A stretch of DNA of 57,148 nt from NCBI RefSeq assembly GCF_003334255.1, contig NZ_QOWU01000032.1, one strand, 5' to 3'. Origin of the DNA: Escherichia coli. GTDB lineage: Bacteria > Pseudomonadota > Gammaproteobacteria > Enterobacterales > Enterobacteriaceae. A program made the translations under genes and the position numbers. Numbering within the stretch: the first letter of the stretch is position 1; each line of letters opens with the position of its first letter. The notes under the pieces were generated by a model that was not told the origin of the DNA, did no database searches, and was given only the letters and a program-made list of their open reading frames with translations. Below are positions 22,252-33,759 of the stretch, piece after piece.

Positions 22252-23202
22252 TTATAGTTTGGCGGCAAGAAGATCTTCCAGTTTGCGTTGATCAACGGCG
22301 AACAGACGAATGCCTTCAGACAGTTTTTCTACCGCCATCGCATCCTGATTGTGCTCCCAACGGAACTCCGCTTCGCTCATGGGAGCTGGGCGTGGGAACG
22401 TCTGAGAAGGTGGGATTAATTTACGTACCACTGGCGAAACTTTTTCCTGCAGCTCCTTCAGTAAATTCGGTGCGATAGTCAGTCGATCGCAGCCGGTTAA
22501 GGCGAGGATTTGTTCGGTGCGACGGAAGCTCGCGCCCATCACAATGGTTTCATAGTGGTGTTGCTTATAGTAGTCGTAGATATTGCGCACCGATTTAACG
22601 CCCGGATCTTCTTCCACCACATACGGGTCCATCGGCTTGCGTGCCTGATACCAGTCATAAATACGCCCGACAAACGGCGAAATCAGAAAAACGCCTGCTT
22701 CCGCACAGGCCCGTGCCTGTGCAAAAGAAAACAGCAGCGTCAGGTTGCAGTTAATACCTTCTTTTTCCAGCTCTTCTGCCGCGCGAATTCCTTCCCAGGT
22801 CGAAGCCAGCTTGATCAGAATGCGTGATTTCTCAACGCCTTGTTGCTGATACAAGTCCACCAGATGGCGCGCCTTCTCAATACTCTTTTCTTTATCAAAA
22901 GAGAGGCGTGCATCAACTTCTGTTGACACGCGACCGGGTACGATTTTGAGGATTTCAGCACCGAAATTGACCGCCAGTTTGTCACACGCTGCGACCACCT
23001 GTTGTTCCTGGGTCTTGCCATTTTTTTTACCCCAGGCGATAGCATCGTCTATTAAATGCTCATATTGTGATAATCCGGCAGCTTTGAGTAACAGCGAAGG
23101 ATTGGTGGTGGCATCCTGGGGATGATAATGGCGAATGGACTCAATATCGCCGCTGTCTGCCACGACAGTGGTGAACTGTTTGATGCCGTCTAACTCGTTC
23201 AT
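22252..23202 (-). CDS. talA: Transaldolase A
   Basis: 316-aa translation [42 protein letters not shown]... matches TalA; 19 bp upstream of tktB, consistent with a talA-tktB operon. Confidence 0.95.
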   Translation of the reverse strand: MNELDGIKQFTTVVADSGDIESIRHYHPQDATTNPSLLLKAAGLSQYEHLIDDAIAWGKKNGKTQEQQVVAACDKLAVNFGAEILKIVPGRVSTEVDARLSFDKEKSIEKARHLVDLYQQQGVEKSRILIKLASTWEGIRAAEELEKEGINCNLTLLFSFAQARACAEAGVFLISPFVGRIYDWYQARKPMDPYVVEEDPGVKSVRNIYDYYKQHHYETIVMGASFRRTEQILALTGCDRLTIAPNLLKELQEKVSPVVRKLIPPSQTFPRPAPMSEAEFRWEHNQDAMAVEKLSEGIRLFAVDQRKLEDLLAAKL

Positions 23203-23490
23203 AGGAAATACTCCTTGAAAAGTAAAGTGTTAGATGAGTGCGTTAATTCACACTTCTGAGAAATTTCGCTAAACGCATCAAAAAAGCATAGCAGACAGGC
23301 ATGGTATTGCTGGATTAAGCAGGTAACATCAGTGTTATAGGATTATTACCAAAACATTATATTAATGGTGAGAGTTTGGACTTGCTCAAAGTCTGTAGAC
23401 TCCGGCAGGGTAATAATGTGCGCCACGTTGTGGGCAGGGGCTGTTGCCCACACACTTTATTTGTGAACGTTACGTGAAAGGAACAACCAA

Positions 23491-25770
23491 ATGGATGACC
23501 AGTTAAAACAAAGTGCACTTGATTTCCATGAATTTCCAGTTCCAGGGAAAATCCAGGTTTCTCCAACCAAGCCTCTGGCAACACAGCGCGATCTGGCGCT
23601 GGCCTACTCACCAGGCGTTGCCGCACCTTGTCTTGAAATCGAAAAAGACCCGTTAAAAGCCTACAAATATACCGCCCGCGGTAACCTGGTGGCGGTGATC
23701 TCTAACGGTACGGCGGTGCTGGGGTTAGGCAACATTGGCGCGCTGGCAGGCAAACCGGTGATGGAAGGCAAGGGCGTTCTGTTTAAGAAATTCGCCGGGA
23801 TTGATGTATTTGACATTGAAGTTGACGAACTCGACCCGGACAAATTTATTGAAGTTGTCGCCGCGCTCGAACCAACCTTCGGCGGCATCAACCTCGAAGA
23901 CATTAAAGCGCCAGAATGTTTCTATATTGAACAGAAACTGCGCGAGCGGATGAATATTCCGGTATTCCACGACGATCAGCACGGCACGGCAATTATCAGC
24001 ACTGCCGCCATCCTCAACGGCTTGCGCGTGGTGGAGAAAAACATCTCCGACGTGCGGATGGTGGTTTCCGGCGCGGGTGCCGCAGCAATCGCCTGTATGA
24101 ACCTGCTGGTAGCGCTGGGTCTGCAAAAACATAACATCGTGGTTTGCGATTCAAAAGGCGTTATCTATCAGGGCCGTGAGCCAAACATGGCGGAAACCAA
24201 AGCCGCATATGCGGTGGTGGATGACGGCAAACGTACCCTCGATGATGTGATTGAAGGCGCGGATATTTTCCTGGGCTGTTCCGGCCCGAAAGTGCTGACC
24301 CAGGAAATGGTGAAGAAAATGGCTCGTGCGCCAATGATCCTGGCGCTGGCGAACCCGGAACCGGAAATTCTGCCGCCGCTGGCGAAAGAAGTGCGTCCGG
24401 ATGCCATCATTTGCACCGGTCGTTCTGACTATCCGAACCAGGTGAACAACGTCCTGTGCTTCCCGTTCATCTTCCGTGGCGCGCTGGACGTTGGCGCAAC
24501 CGCCATCAACGAAGAGATGAAACTGGCGGCGGTACGTGCGATTGCAGAACTCGCCCATGCGGAACAGAGCGAAGTGGTGGCTTCAGCGTATGGCGATCAG
24601 GATCTGAGCTTTGGTCCGGAATACATCATTCCAAAACCGTTTGATCCGCGCTTGATCGTTAAGATCGCTCCTGCGGTCGCTAAAGCCGCGATGGAGTCGG
24701 GCGTGGCGACTCGTCCGATTGCTGATTTCGACGTCTACATCGACAAGCTGACTGAGTTCGTTTACAAAACCAACCTGTTTATGAAGCCGATTTTCTCCCA
24801 GGCTCGCAAAGCGCCGAAGCGCGTTGTTCTGCCGGAAGGGGAAGAGGCGCGCGTTCTGCATGCCACTCAGGAACTGGTAACGCTGGGACTGGCGAAACCG
24901 ATCCTTATCGGTCGTCCGAACGTGATCGAAATGCGCATTCAGAAACTGGGCTTGCAGATCAAAGCGGGCGTTGATTTTGAGATCGTCAATAACGAATCCG
25001 ATCCGCGCTTTAAAGAGTACTGGACCGAATACTTCCAGATCATGAAGCGTCGCGGCGTCACTCAGGAACAGGCGCAGCGGGCGCTGATCAGTAACCCGAC
25101 AGTGATCGGCGCGATCATGGTTCAGCGTGGGGAAGCCGATGCAATGATTTGCGGTACGGTGGGTGATTATCATGAACATTTTAGCGTGGTGAAAAATGTC
25201 TTTGGTTATCGCGATGGCGTTCACACCGCAGGTGCCATGAACGCGCTGCTGCTGCCGAGTGGTAACACCTTTATTGCCGATACATATGTTAATGATGAAC
25301 CGGATGCAGAAGAGCTGGCGGAGATCACCTTGATGGCGGCAGAAACTGTCCGTCGTTTTGGTATTGAGCCGCGCGTTGCTTTGTTGTCGCACTCCAACTT
25401 TGGTTCTTCTGACTGCCCGTCGTCGAGCAAAATGCGTCAGGCGCTGGAACTGGTCAGGGAACGTGCACCAGAACTGATGATTGATGGTGAAATGCACGGC
25501 GATGCAGCGCTGGTGGAAGCGATTCGCAACGACCGTATGCCGGACAGCTCTTTGAAAGGTTCCGCCAATATTCTGGTGATGCCGAACATGGAAGCTGCCC
25601 GCATTAGTTACAACTTACTGCGTGTTTCCAGCTCGGAAGGTGTGACTGTCGGCCCGGTGCTGATGGGTGTGGCGAAACCGGTTCACGTGTTAACGCCGAT
25701 CGCATCGGTGCGTCGTATCGTCAACATGGTGGCGCTGGCCGTGGTAGAAGCGCAAACCCAACCGCTGTAA
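23491..25770 (+). CDS. maeB: NADP-dependent malic enzyme (malic enzyme fused to a PTA-like domain)
   Basis: 759-aa translation [44 protein letters not shown]... matches MaeB. Confidence 0.95.
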
Positions 25771-26061
25771 TTTTTTTTAACTCTCACGCTTACCCTGAAT
25801 ATTCAGGGTAAGCAGTTTAGCTGCAATATATTAGTAAAGCTTATTACTGAGTTTGCGAATAATAAAAAAAGCAGTCTATATAATATCTCGATATTATTTT
25901 ATTTATATTCATGCGTTGCATATGAAAGTTTATGCACCACAGCGAATATCTCTCCATTCTTAGTGATCTACCTCACCTTTTAAACGCGCTTGCCGAATTT
26001 TGTTATTTACTCTGACGAAAAATTGTCACGATACACGAAAGTTTTTCACAGGCGGCGACTC

Positions 26062-26397
26062 ATGGATAAAGAACGCATCATTCAGGAATTTGTGCCCGGC
26101 AAACAGGTCACACTGGCGCATCTCATCGCGCATCCCGGTGAGGAACTGGCGAAGAAAATCGGCGTTCCGGATGCGGGCGCAATTGGCATTATGACGCTAA
26201 CTCCCGGCGAAACGGCGATGATCGCCGGTGATTTAGCGCTGAAAGCCGCTGATGTGCATATCGGTTTTCTCGACCGATTCAGCGGTGCATTGGTGATTTA
26301 TGGCTCGGTGGGCGCAGTAGAAGAAGCGTTATCACAAACCGTCAGCGGTTTAGGTCGCTTATTAAATTATACGCTTTGTGAAATGACCAAAAGTTAA
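26062..26397 (+). CDS. eutS: Ethanolamine utilisation microcompartment shell protein EutS
   Basis: 111-aa translation [46 protein letters not shown]... of BMC-domain type; first gene of the eut operon. ORF-track start at 25990 is an extension. Confidence 0.9.
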
Positions 26398-26409
26398 TAC
26401 GAGGCATTC

Positions 26410-26889
26410 ATGAAACGAATTGCGTTTGTGGGTAGCGTCGGGGCAGGAAAAACAACGTTATTTAATGCGTTGCAGGGGAATTATACCCTCGCCAGAAAAA
26501 CACAGGCCGTGGAATTTAATGATAAGGGCGATATTGATACGCCGGGTGAATATTTTAACCATCCCCGCTGGTATCACGCCTTAATTACCACGCTACAGGA
26601 TGTAGACATGCTGATCTATGTCCATGGCGCAAATGACCCGGAAAGTCGGTTGCCTGCCGGGTTGCTGGATATTGGCGTCAGCAAACGGCAAATCGCCGTC
26701 ATCAGTAAAACGGACATGCCAGATGCTGACGTCGCCGCAACGCGAAAGTTATTGCTTGAGACGGGTTTCGAAGAGCCGATTTTCGAGCTAAACAGCCACG
26801 ACCCGCAAAGCGTGCAGCAACTGGTGGATTATCTGGCATCTCTCACCAAACAGGAGGAAGCAGGTGAAAAAACTCATCACAGCGAATGA
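26410..26889 (+). CDS. eutP: Ethanolamine utilisation protein EutP (P-loop GTPase-like)
   Basis: 159-aa translation MKRIAFVGSVGAGKTTLFNALQG... with a Walker A motif; matches EutP. Confidence 0.9.
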   Translation: MKRIAFVGSVGAGKTTLFNALQGNYTLARKTQAVEFNDKGDIDTPGEYFNHPRWYHALITTLQDVDMLIYVHGANDPESRLPAGLLDIGVSKRQIAVISKTDMPDADVAATRKLLLETGFEEPIFELNSHDPQSVQQLVDYLASLTKQEEAGEKTHHSE

Positions 26890-27565
26890 TATTCGTGAAG
26901 CACACGCGCGCGGCGAACAGGCAATGTCCGTGGTTCTGCGCGCCAGCATTATTACCCCGGAAGCCCGTGAAGTGGCGGATCTACTGGGTTTTACCATCAC
27001 CGAATGTGATGAATCGATCCCGGTAACGGCGTCCGTGCCCGCCAGCGTGCCAGCCGACAAAACCGAAAGCCAGCGCATCCGCGAAACCATCATTGCCCAG
27101 CTGCCGGAAGGCCAGTTTACCGAAAGCCTGGTCGCACAGCTGATGGAAAAAGTGATGAAGGAAAAACAGTCGCTGGAGCAGGGCGCAATGCAGCCGAGCT
27201 TCAAATCGGTGACCGGCAAAGGCGGCATCAAAGTGATTGATGGCAGTAGCGTCAAGTTTGGTCGTTTCGACGGCGCAGAGCCGCATTGCGTGGGCTTGAC
27301 TGATCTTGTGACCGGAGACGACGGCAGCAGCATGGCCGCCGGTTTTATGCAGTGGGAGAACGCATTCTTCCCGTGGACCCTGAACTACGACGAAATCGAC
27401 ATGGTGCTGGAAGGGGAGCTGCATGTTCGCCACGAAGGCCAAACCATGATCGCCAAAGCAGGCGACGTGATGTTTATCCCGAAAGGCTCCAGCATCGAAT
27501 TTGGTACGACATCCAGCGTGAAATTCCTGTATGTCGCCTGGCCGGCTAACTGGCAATCCCTATGA
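26864..27565 (+). CDS. eutQ: Ethanolamine utilisation protein EutQ (cupin-type)
   Basis: 233-aa translation MKKLITANDIREAHARGEQAMSVVLRASIITPEAREVADLLGF...; overlaps the eutP 3' end by 26 nt. Confidence 0.9.
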   Translation: MKKLITANDIREAHARGEQAMSVVLRASIITPEAREVADLLGFTITECDESIPVTASVPASVPADKTESQRIRETIIAQLPEGQFTESLVAQLMEKVMKEKQSLEQGAMQPSFKSVTGKGGIKVIDGSSVKFGRFDGAEPHCVGLTDLVTGDDGSSMAAGFMQWENAFFPWTLNYDEIDMVLEGELHVRHEGQTMIAKAGDVMFIPKGSSIEFGTTSSVKFLYVAWPANWQSL

Positions 27566-28365
27566 AAGATTTCATCACCGAAGCATGGCTAAGAGCGAAC
27601 CATACGCTCAGCGAAGGCGCAGAGATCCATCTCCCTGCGGACAGTCGCCTGACGCCCTCTGCCCGGGAGTTGCTGGAAAGCCGCCATCTGCGCATCAAGT
27701 TTATTGACGAGCAGGGCCGCCTGTTTGTTGACGATGAACAGCAGCAGCCGCAGCCCGTTCATGGGCTGACCAGTAGCGATGAACATCCGCAGGCGTGCTG
27801 CGAACTGTGTCGCCAGCCGGTGGCAAAAAAGCCGGATACGCTGACTCACCTGTCGGCGGAAAAAATGGTCGCCAAAAGCGATCCGCGTCTGGGTTTTCGC
27901 GCGGTTCTCGACAGCACCATTGCGCTGGCAGTGTGGCTGCAAATTGAACTGGCGGAACCGTGGCAGCCGTGGCTGGCGGATATCCGTTCGCGTCTTGGCA
28001 ACATTATGCGCGCCGATGCGCTGGGGGAACCGCTGGGCTGCCAGGCGATTGTCGGGCTTTCTGACGAAGATCTGCATCGGCTTTCTCATCAGCCGCTGCG
28101 CTATCTCGACCACGATCATCTGGTGCCGGAAGCCAGCCACGGGCGCGATGCTGCGTTGCTCAATCTGCTACGCACCAAAGTGCGGGAAACCGAAACCGTA
28201 GCGGCGCAGGTCTTTATCACCCGCAGCTTTGAAGTATTACGCCCGGACATTTTGCAGGCGCTGAACCGCCTTTCGAGCACGGTCTACGTGATGATGATCC
28301 TGAGCGTAACGAAGCAGCCGCTAACGGTGAAGCAGATCCAACAACGACTGGGGGAAACGCAATGA
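27562..28365 (+). CDS. eutT: Ethanolamine utilisation cob(I)alamin adenosyltransferase EutT
   Basis: 267-aa translation [43 protein letters not shown]... with a Cys-rich motif ([12 protein letters not shown]); 4-nt overlap with eutQ. Confidence 0.9.
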
Positions 28366-29378
28366 TTATTGAACGTTGTCGTGAACTGGCGTTGCGAGCG
28401 CCCGCCAGAGTGGTTTTTCCGGATGCGTTAGACCAACGTGTGCTGAAAGCCGCGCAATATTTACATCAACAAGGTCTGGCAACGCCCATTCTGGTCGCCA
28501 ATCCGTTTGAACTTCGTCAGTTTGCGCTCAGTCACGGCGTGGCGATGGACGGGCTACAGGTGATTGATCCGCATGGCAACCTCGCAATGCGGGAAGAATT
28601 TGCTCATCGCTGGCTGGCCCGCGCGGGCGAAAAAACGCCGCCGGATGCGCTGGAAAAACTTACCGACCCTCTGATGTTCGCCGCAGCAATGGTCAGCGCC
28701 GGTAAAGCGGATGTCTGTATCGCGGGCAACCTCTCTTCCACGGCAAATGTGCTGCGTGCCGGATTACGCATTATCGGCTTGCAGCCAGGCTGTAAAACGC
28801 TCTCTTCCATTTTCCTGATGTTGCCACAGTACAGCGGCCCGGCGTTGGGCTTTGCCGATTGCAGCGTGGTGCCACAGCCGACGGCGGCGCAGCTGGCGGA
28901 TATCGCGCTTGCCAGTGCCGAAACCTGGCGCGCCATCACCGGAGAAGAGCCGCGCGTGGCGATGCTGTCGTTTTCCAGCAATGGTAGCGCCCGTCACCCC
29001 TGTGTTGCTAACGTCCAGCAGGCGACAGAAATCGTCCGTGAGCGCGCACCAAAGCTGGTGGTGGATGGCGAGTTACAGTTTGACGCCGCCTTCGTGCCGG
29101 AAGTGGCGGCGCAAAAAGCGCCTGCCAGCCCGCTACAGGGCAAGGCCAATGTGATGGTTTTTCCGTCGCTGGAAGCCGGAAATATTGGTTACAAAATCGC
29201 ACAACGACTCGGCGGATATCGTGCCGTCGGGCCACTGATACAAGGACTTGCCGCGCCGATGCACGATCTCTCTCGTGGTTGTAGCGTGCAGGAAATTATC
29301 GAGCTGGCGCTGGTGGCAGCTGTGCCGCGTCAGACAGAAGTGAACCGCGAAAGCAGTTTACAAACACTGGTTGAATGA
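28362..29378 (+). CDS. eutD: Phosphotransacetylase EutD
   Basis: 338-aa translation [48 protein letters not shown]... of PTA family; 4-nt overlap with eutT. Confidence 0.9.
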
Positions 29379-29416
29379 ACGGTCCCGTTCTGGACCCTGA
29401 TAAAGAGGAAAGCACA

Positions 29417-29710
29417 ATGGAAGCATTAGGAATGATCGAAACCCGGGGCCTGGTTGCACTGATTGAGGCTTCTGACGCGATGGTGAAAGCTGCGCGCGTC
29501 AAGCTGGTTGGTGTTAAGCAGATTGGCGGCGGCCTGTGTACTGCCATGGTTCGTGGTGATGTTGCAGCCTGTAAAGCCGCGACCGATGCAGGTGCCGCAG
29601 CGGCACAGCGTATCGGCGAGCTGGTATCTGTACACGTTATCCCGCGTCCGCACGGCGACCTGGAAGAAGTCTTCCCGATCGGCCTGAAAGGCGATAGCAG
29701 CAACCTGTAA
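29417..29710 (+). CDS. eutM: Ethanolamine utilisation microcompartment shell protein EutM
   Basis: 97-aa translation [55 protein letters not shown]..., canonical BMC hexamer; AGAGGA RBS upstream. ORF-track start at 29375 is an extension. Confidence 0.92.
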   Translation: MEALGMIETRGLVALIEASDAMVKAARVKLVGVKQIGGGLCTAMVRGDVAACKAATDAGAAAAQRIGELVSVHVIPRPHGDLEEVFPIGLKGDSSNL

Positions 29711-29816
29711 TCACCCTGTGTGACGTCGATTCGGGCGTCACGCTCTCTCCTTTTTCATTTTACCTTCTGCGGAGGGTAGGGGGAGCTTTTACCTGAAATA
29801 CGCCACGGAGGCGGGT

Positions 29817-30104
29817 ATGAAACTGGCAGTCGTCACTGGACAAATTGTTTGTACCGTACGCCATCACGGACTGGCGCATGACAAATTGCTGATGGTGGAA
29901 ATGATTGATCCACAAGGTAATCCTGACGGGCAATGCGCCGTCGCCATCGACAATATTGGCGCGGGAACCGGGGAGTGGGTGTTACTGGTGAGTGGCAGTT
30001 CCGCCCGCCAGGCGCATAAAAGCGAAACGTCACCGGTCGATCTGTGCGTGATTGGCATTGTCGATGAGGTGGTGTCTGGCGGTCAGGTAATTTTCCACAA
30101 ATAA
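29817..30104 (+). CDS. eutN: Microcompartment vertex protein EutN
   Basis: 95-aa translation MKLAVVTGQIVCTVRHHGLAHDKLLMVEMIDPQGNPDGQCAVAIDNIGAG..., EutN/CcmL family. Confidence 0.9.
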   Translation: MKLAVVTGQIVCTVRHHGLAHDKLLMVEMIDPQGNPDGQCAVAIDNIGAGTGEWVLLVSGSSARQAHKSETSPVDLCVIGIVDEVVSGGQVIFHK

Positions 30105-30115
30105 GGCAGAACATC

Positions 30116-31519
30116 ATGAATCAACAGGATATTGAACAGGTGGTGAAAGCGGTACTGCTGAAAATGCAAAGCAGTGACACGCCGTCCGCCGCCGTTCATG
30201 AGATGGGCGTTTTCGCGTCCCTGGATGACGCCGTTGCGGCAGCCAAAGTCGCCCAGCAAGGGTTAAAAAGCGTGGCAATGCGCCAGTTAGCCATTGCTGC
30301 CATTCGTGAAGCAGGCGAAAAACACGCCAGAGATTTAGCGGAACTTGCCGTCAGTGAAACCGGCATGGGGCGCGTTGAAGATAAATTTGCAAAAAACGTC
30401 GCTCAGGCGCGCGGCACACCAGGCGTTGAGTGCCTCTCTCCGCAAGTGCTGACTGGCGACAACGGCCTGACCCTAATTGAAAACGCACCCTGGGGCGTGG
30501 TGGCTTCGGTGACGCCTTCCACTAACCCGGCGGCAACCGTAATTAACAACGCCATCAGCCTGATTGCCGCGGGCAACAGCGTCATTTTTGCCCCGCATCC
30601 GGCGGCGAAAAAAGTCTCCCAGCGGGCGATTACGCTGCTCAACCAGGCGATTGTTGCCGCAGGTGGGCCGGAAAACTTACTGGTTACTGTGGCAAATCCG
30701 GATATCGAAACCGCGCAACGCTTGTTCAAGTTTCCGGGTATCGGCCTGCTGGTGGTAACCGGCGGCGAAGCGGTAGTAGAAGCGGCGCGTAAACACACCA
30801 ATAAACGTCTGATTGCCGCAGGCGCTGGCAACCCGCCGGTAGTGGTGGATGAAACCGCCGACCTCGCCCGTGCCGCTCAGTCCATCGTCAAAGGCGCTTC
30901 TTTCGATAACAACATCATTTGTGCCGACGAAAAGGTACTGATTGTTGTTGATAGCGTAGCCGATGAACTGATGCGTCTGATGGAAGGCCAGCACGCGGTG
31001 AAACTGACCGCAGAACAGGCGCAGCAGCTGCAACCGGTGTTGCTGAAAAATATCGACGAGCGCGGAAAAGGCACCGTCAGCCGTGACTGGGTTGGTCGCG
31101 ACGCAGGCAAAATCGCGGCGGCAATCGGCCTTAAAGTTCCGCAAGAAACGCGCCTGCTGTTTGTGGAAACCACCGCAGAACATCCGTTTGCCGTGACTGA
31201 ACTGATGATGCCGGTGTTGCCCGTCGTGCGCGTCGCCAACGTGGCGGATGCCATTGCGCTAGCGGTGAAACTGGAAGGCGGTTGCCACCACACGGCGGCA
31301 ATGCACTCGCGCAACATCGAAAACATGAACCAGATGGCGAATGCTATTGATACCAGCATTTTCGTTAAGAACGGACCGTGCATTGCCGGGCTGGGGCTGG
31401 GCGGGGAAGGCTGGACCACCATGACCATCACCACGCCAACCGGTGAAGGGGTAACCAGCGCGCGTACGTTTGTCCGTCTGCGTCGCTGTGTATTAGTCGA
31501 TGCGTTTCGCATTGTTTAA
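30116..31519 (+). CDS. eutE: Acetaldehyde dehydrogenase (acetylating) EutE
   Basis: 467-aa translation MNQQDIEQVVKAVLLKMQSSDTPSAAVHEMGVFASLDDAVAAAKVAQQG..., aldehyde dehydrogenase family with an N-terminal encapsulation-like helix. Confidence 0.92.
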   Translation: MNQQDIEQVVKAVLLKMQSSDTPSAAVHEMGVFASLDDAVAAAKVAQQGLKSVAMRQLAIAAIREAGEKHARDLAELAVSETGMGRVEDKFAKNVAQARGTPGVECLSPQVLTGDNGLTLIENAPWGVVASVTPSTNPAATVINNAISLIAAGNSVIFAPHPAAKKVSQRAITLLNQAIVAAGGPENLLVTVANPDIETAQRLFKFPGIGLLVVTGGEAVVEAARKHTNKRLIAAGAGNPPVVVDETADLARAAQSIVKGASFDNNIICADEKVLIVVDSVADELMRLMEGQHAVKLTAEQAQQLQPVLLKNIDERGKGTVSRDWVGRDAGKIAAAIGLKVPQETRLLFVETTAEHPFAVTELMMPVLPVVRVANVADAIALAVKLEGGCHHTAAMHSRNIENMNQMANAIDTSIFVKNGPCIAGLGLGGEGWTTMTITTPTGEGVTSARTFVRLRRCVLVDAFRIV

Positions 31520-31529
31520 GGAGTAACAG

Positions 31530-32366
31530 ATGGCGCACGACGAACAATGGCTCACCCCACGTCTGCAAACGGCGGCAACGCTGTGTAACCAGACGCCCGC
31601 CGCGACGGAATCTCCGCTGTGGCTGGGGGTGGATCTGGGCACCTGCGATGTGGTGTCGATGGTTGTCGACCGCGACGGTCAGCCAGTGGCGGTATGCCTC
31701 GACTGGGCCGATGTGGTTCGCGACGGCATCGTCTGGGATTTCTTCGGCGCTGTCACCATTGTTCGTCGCCATCTCGACACGCTCGAGCAGCAATTCGGTC
31801 GTCGTTTTAGCCATGCGGCGACTTCATTTCCTCCAGGTACGGACCCGCGTATTTCCATCAACGTGCTGGAATCTGCCGGACTGGAAGTGAGCCATGTGCT
31901 GGATGAGCCAACCGCAGTTGCGGATCTGCTGCAACTGGACAACGCCGGTGTAGTGGATATCGGCGGCGGCACTACCGGCATTGCCATCGTGAAAAAGGGC
32001 AAGGTGACGTACTCGGCGGATGAAGCCACCGGCGGACATCACATCTCTCTGACTCTCGCCGGAAATCGCCGTATTTCGCTGGAAGAGGCGGAGCAGTACA
32101 AGCGCGGTCACGGTGAAGAGATTTGGCCTGCGGTGAAACCGGTGTACGAAAAAATGGCGGACATTGTCGCCCGGCATATTGAAGGGCAGGGCATTACTGA
32201 TTTATGGCTGGCGGGCGGCTCTTGTATGCAACCGGGCGTGGCGGAACTGTTTCGCAAACAATTCCCGGCGTTACAGGTGCATTTACCGCAGCACAGTTTG
32301 TTTATGACCCCGCTGGCGATCGCCAGTAGTGGGCGAGAGAAAGCGGAGGGGCTATATGCAAAATGA
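31530..32366 (+). CDS. eutJ: Ethanolamine utilisation chaperonin-like protein EutJ
   Basis: 278-aa translation MAHDEQWLTPRLQTAATLCNQTPAATESPLWLGVDLGTCDVVSMVVD..., actin/Hsp70-like ATPase fold. Confidence 0.9.
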   Translation: MAHDEQWLTPRLQTAATLCNQTPAATESPLWLGVDLGTCDVVSMVVDRDGQPVAVCLDWADVVRDGIVWDFFGAVTIVRRHLDTLEQQFGRRFSHAATSFPPGTDPRISINVLESAGLEVSHVLDEPTAVADLLQLDNAGVVDIGGGTTGIAIVKKGKVTYSADEATGGHHISLTLAGNRRISLEEAEQYKRGHGEEIWPAVKPVYEKMADIVARHIEGQGITDLWLAGGSCMQPGVAELFRKQFPALQVHLPQHSLFMTPLAIASSGREKAEGLYAK

Positions 32367-33543
32367 ATTGCAGACCGCGCTCTTTCAGGCGTTCGATACC
32401 CTGAATCTGCAACGGGTAAAAACATTTAGCGTTCCACCGGTGACGCTTTGCGGTCCGGGCTCGGTGAGCAGTTGCGGACAGCAAGCGCAAACGCGTGGGC
32501 TGAAACATCTGTTCGTGATGGCAGACAGCTTTTTGCATCAGGCAGGGATGACCGCCGGGCTGACGCGTAGCCTGACCGTTAAAGGTATCGCCATGACGCT
32601 CTGGCCATGTCCGGTGGGCGAACCGTGCATTACCGACGTGTGTGCAGCCGTGGCGCAGTTGCGTGAGTCAGGCTGTGATGGGGTGATCGCGTTTGGCGGC
32701 GGCTCGGTGCTGGATGCGGCGAAAGCCGTGACGTTGCTGGTGACGAACCCGGATAGCACGCTGGCAGAGATGTCAGAAACCAGCGTTCTGCAACCGCGCT
32801 TGCCGCTGATTGCCATTCCAACTACCGCCGGAACCGGCTCTGAAACCACCAATGTAACGGTGATTATCGACGCGGTGAGCGGGCGCAAGCAGGTGTTAGC
32901 CCATGCCTCGCTGATGCCGGATGTGGCGATCCTCGACGCCGCATTGACCGAAGGTGTGCCGTCGCATGTCACGGCGATGACCGGCATTGATGCGTTAACC
33001 CATGCCATTGAAGCATACAGCGCCCTGAACGCTACACCGTTTACCGACAGTCTGGCGATTGGTGCCATTGCGATGATTGGCAAATCGCTGCCGAAAGCGG
33101 TGGGCTACGGTCACGACCTTGCCGCGCGCGAGAGCATGTTGCTGGCTTCATGTATGGCGGGAATGGCGTTTTCCAGTGCGGGTCTTGGGTTGTGCCACGC
33201 GATGGCGCATCAGCCGGGCGCGGCGCTGCATATTCCGCACGGTCTCGCGAACGCCATGTTGCTGCCAACGGTGATGGAATTTAACCGGATGGTTTGTCGT
33301 GAACGCTTTAGTCAGATTGGTCGGGCACTGCGAACTAAAAAATCCGACGATCGTGACGCTATTAACGCGGTAAGTGAGCTGATTGCGGAAGTTGGGATTG
33401 GTAAACGACTGGGCGATGTTGGTGCGACATCTGCGCATTACGGCGCATGGGCGCAGGCCGCGCTGGAAGATATTTGTCTGCGCAGTAACCCGCGTACCGC
33501 CAGCCTGGAGCAGATTGTCGGCCTGTACGCAGCGGCGCAATAA
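32356..33543 (+). CDS. eutG: Ethanolamine utilisation alcohol dehydrogenase EutG
   Basis: 395-aa translation MQNELQTALFQAFDTLNLQRVKTFSVPPVTLCGPGSVSSCGQQAQ..., iron-containing ADH family; overlaps eutJ by 11 nt. ORF-track start at 32329 is an extension. Confidence 0.9.
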   Translation: MQNELQTALFQAFDTLNLQRVKTFSVPPVTLCGPGSVSSCGQQAQTRGLKHLFVMADSFLHQAGMTAGLTRSLTVKGIAMTLWPCPVGEPCITDVCAAVAQLRESGCDGVIAFGGGSVLDAAKAVTLLVTNPDSTLAEMSETSVLQPRLPLIAIPTTAGTGSETTNVTVIIDAVSGRKQVLAHASLMPDVAILDAALTEGVPSHVTAMTGIDALTHAIEAYSALNATPFTDSLAIGAIAMIGKSLPKAVGYGHDLAARESMLLASCMAGMAFSSAGLGLCHAMAHQPGAALHIPHGLANAMLLPTVMEFNRMVCRERFSQIGRALRTKKSDDRDAINAVSELIAEVGIGKRLGDVGATSAHYGAWAQAALEDICLRSNPRTASLEQIVGLYAAAQ

Positions 33544-33545
33544 AT

Positions 33546-33729
<184 letters not shown>

Positions 33730-33759
33730 ATAAATAACAACTAACAGGGAGTAAAGGCG

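Noticed and set aside
25990-26061. Upstream extension of eutS (135-aa ORF starting at 25990)
   Set aside because: The BMC-domain protein begins at MDKER (26062); the extension lies in the A/T-rich eut promoter region and would add a non-conserved, basic N-terminal tail.
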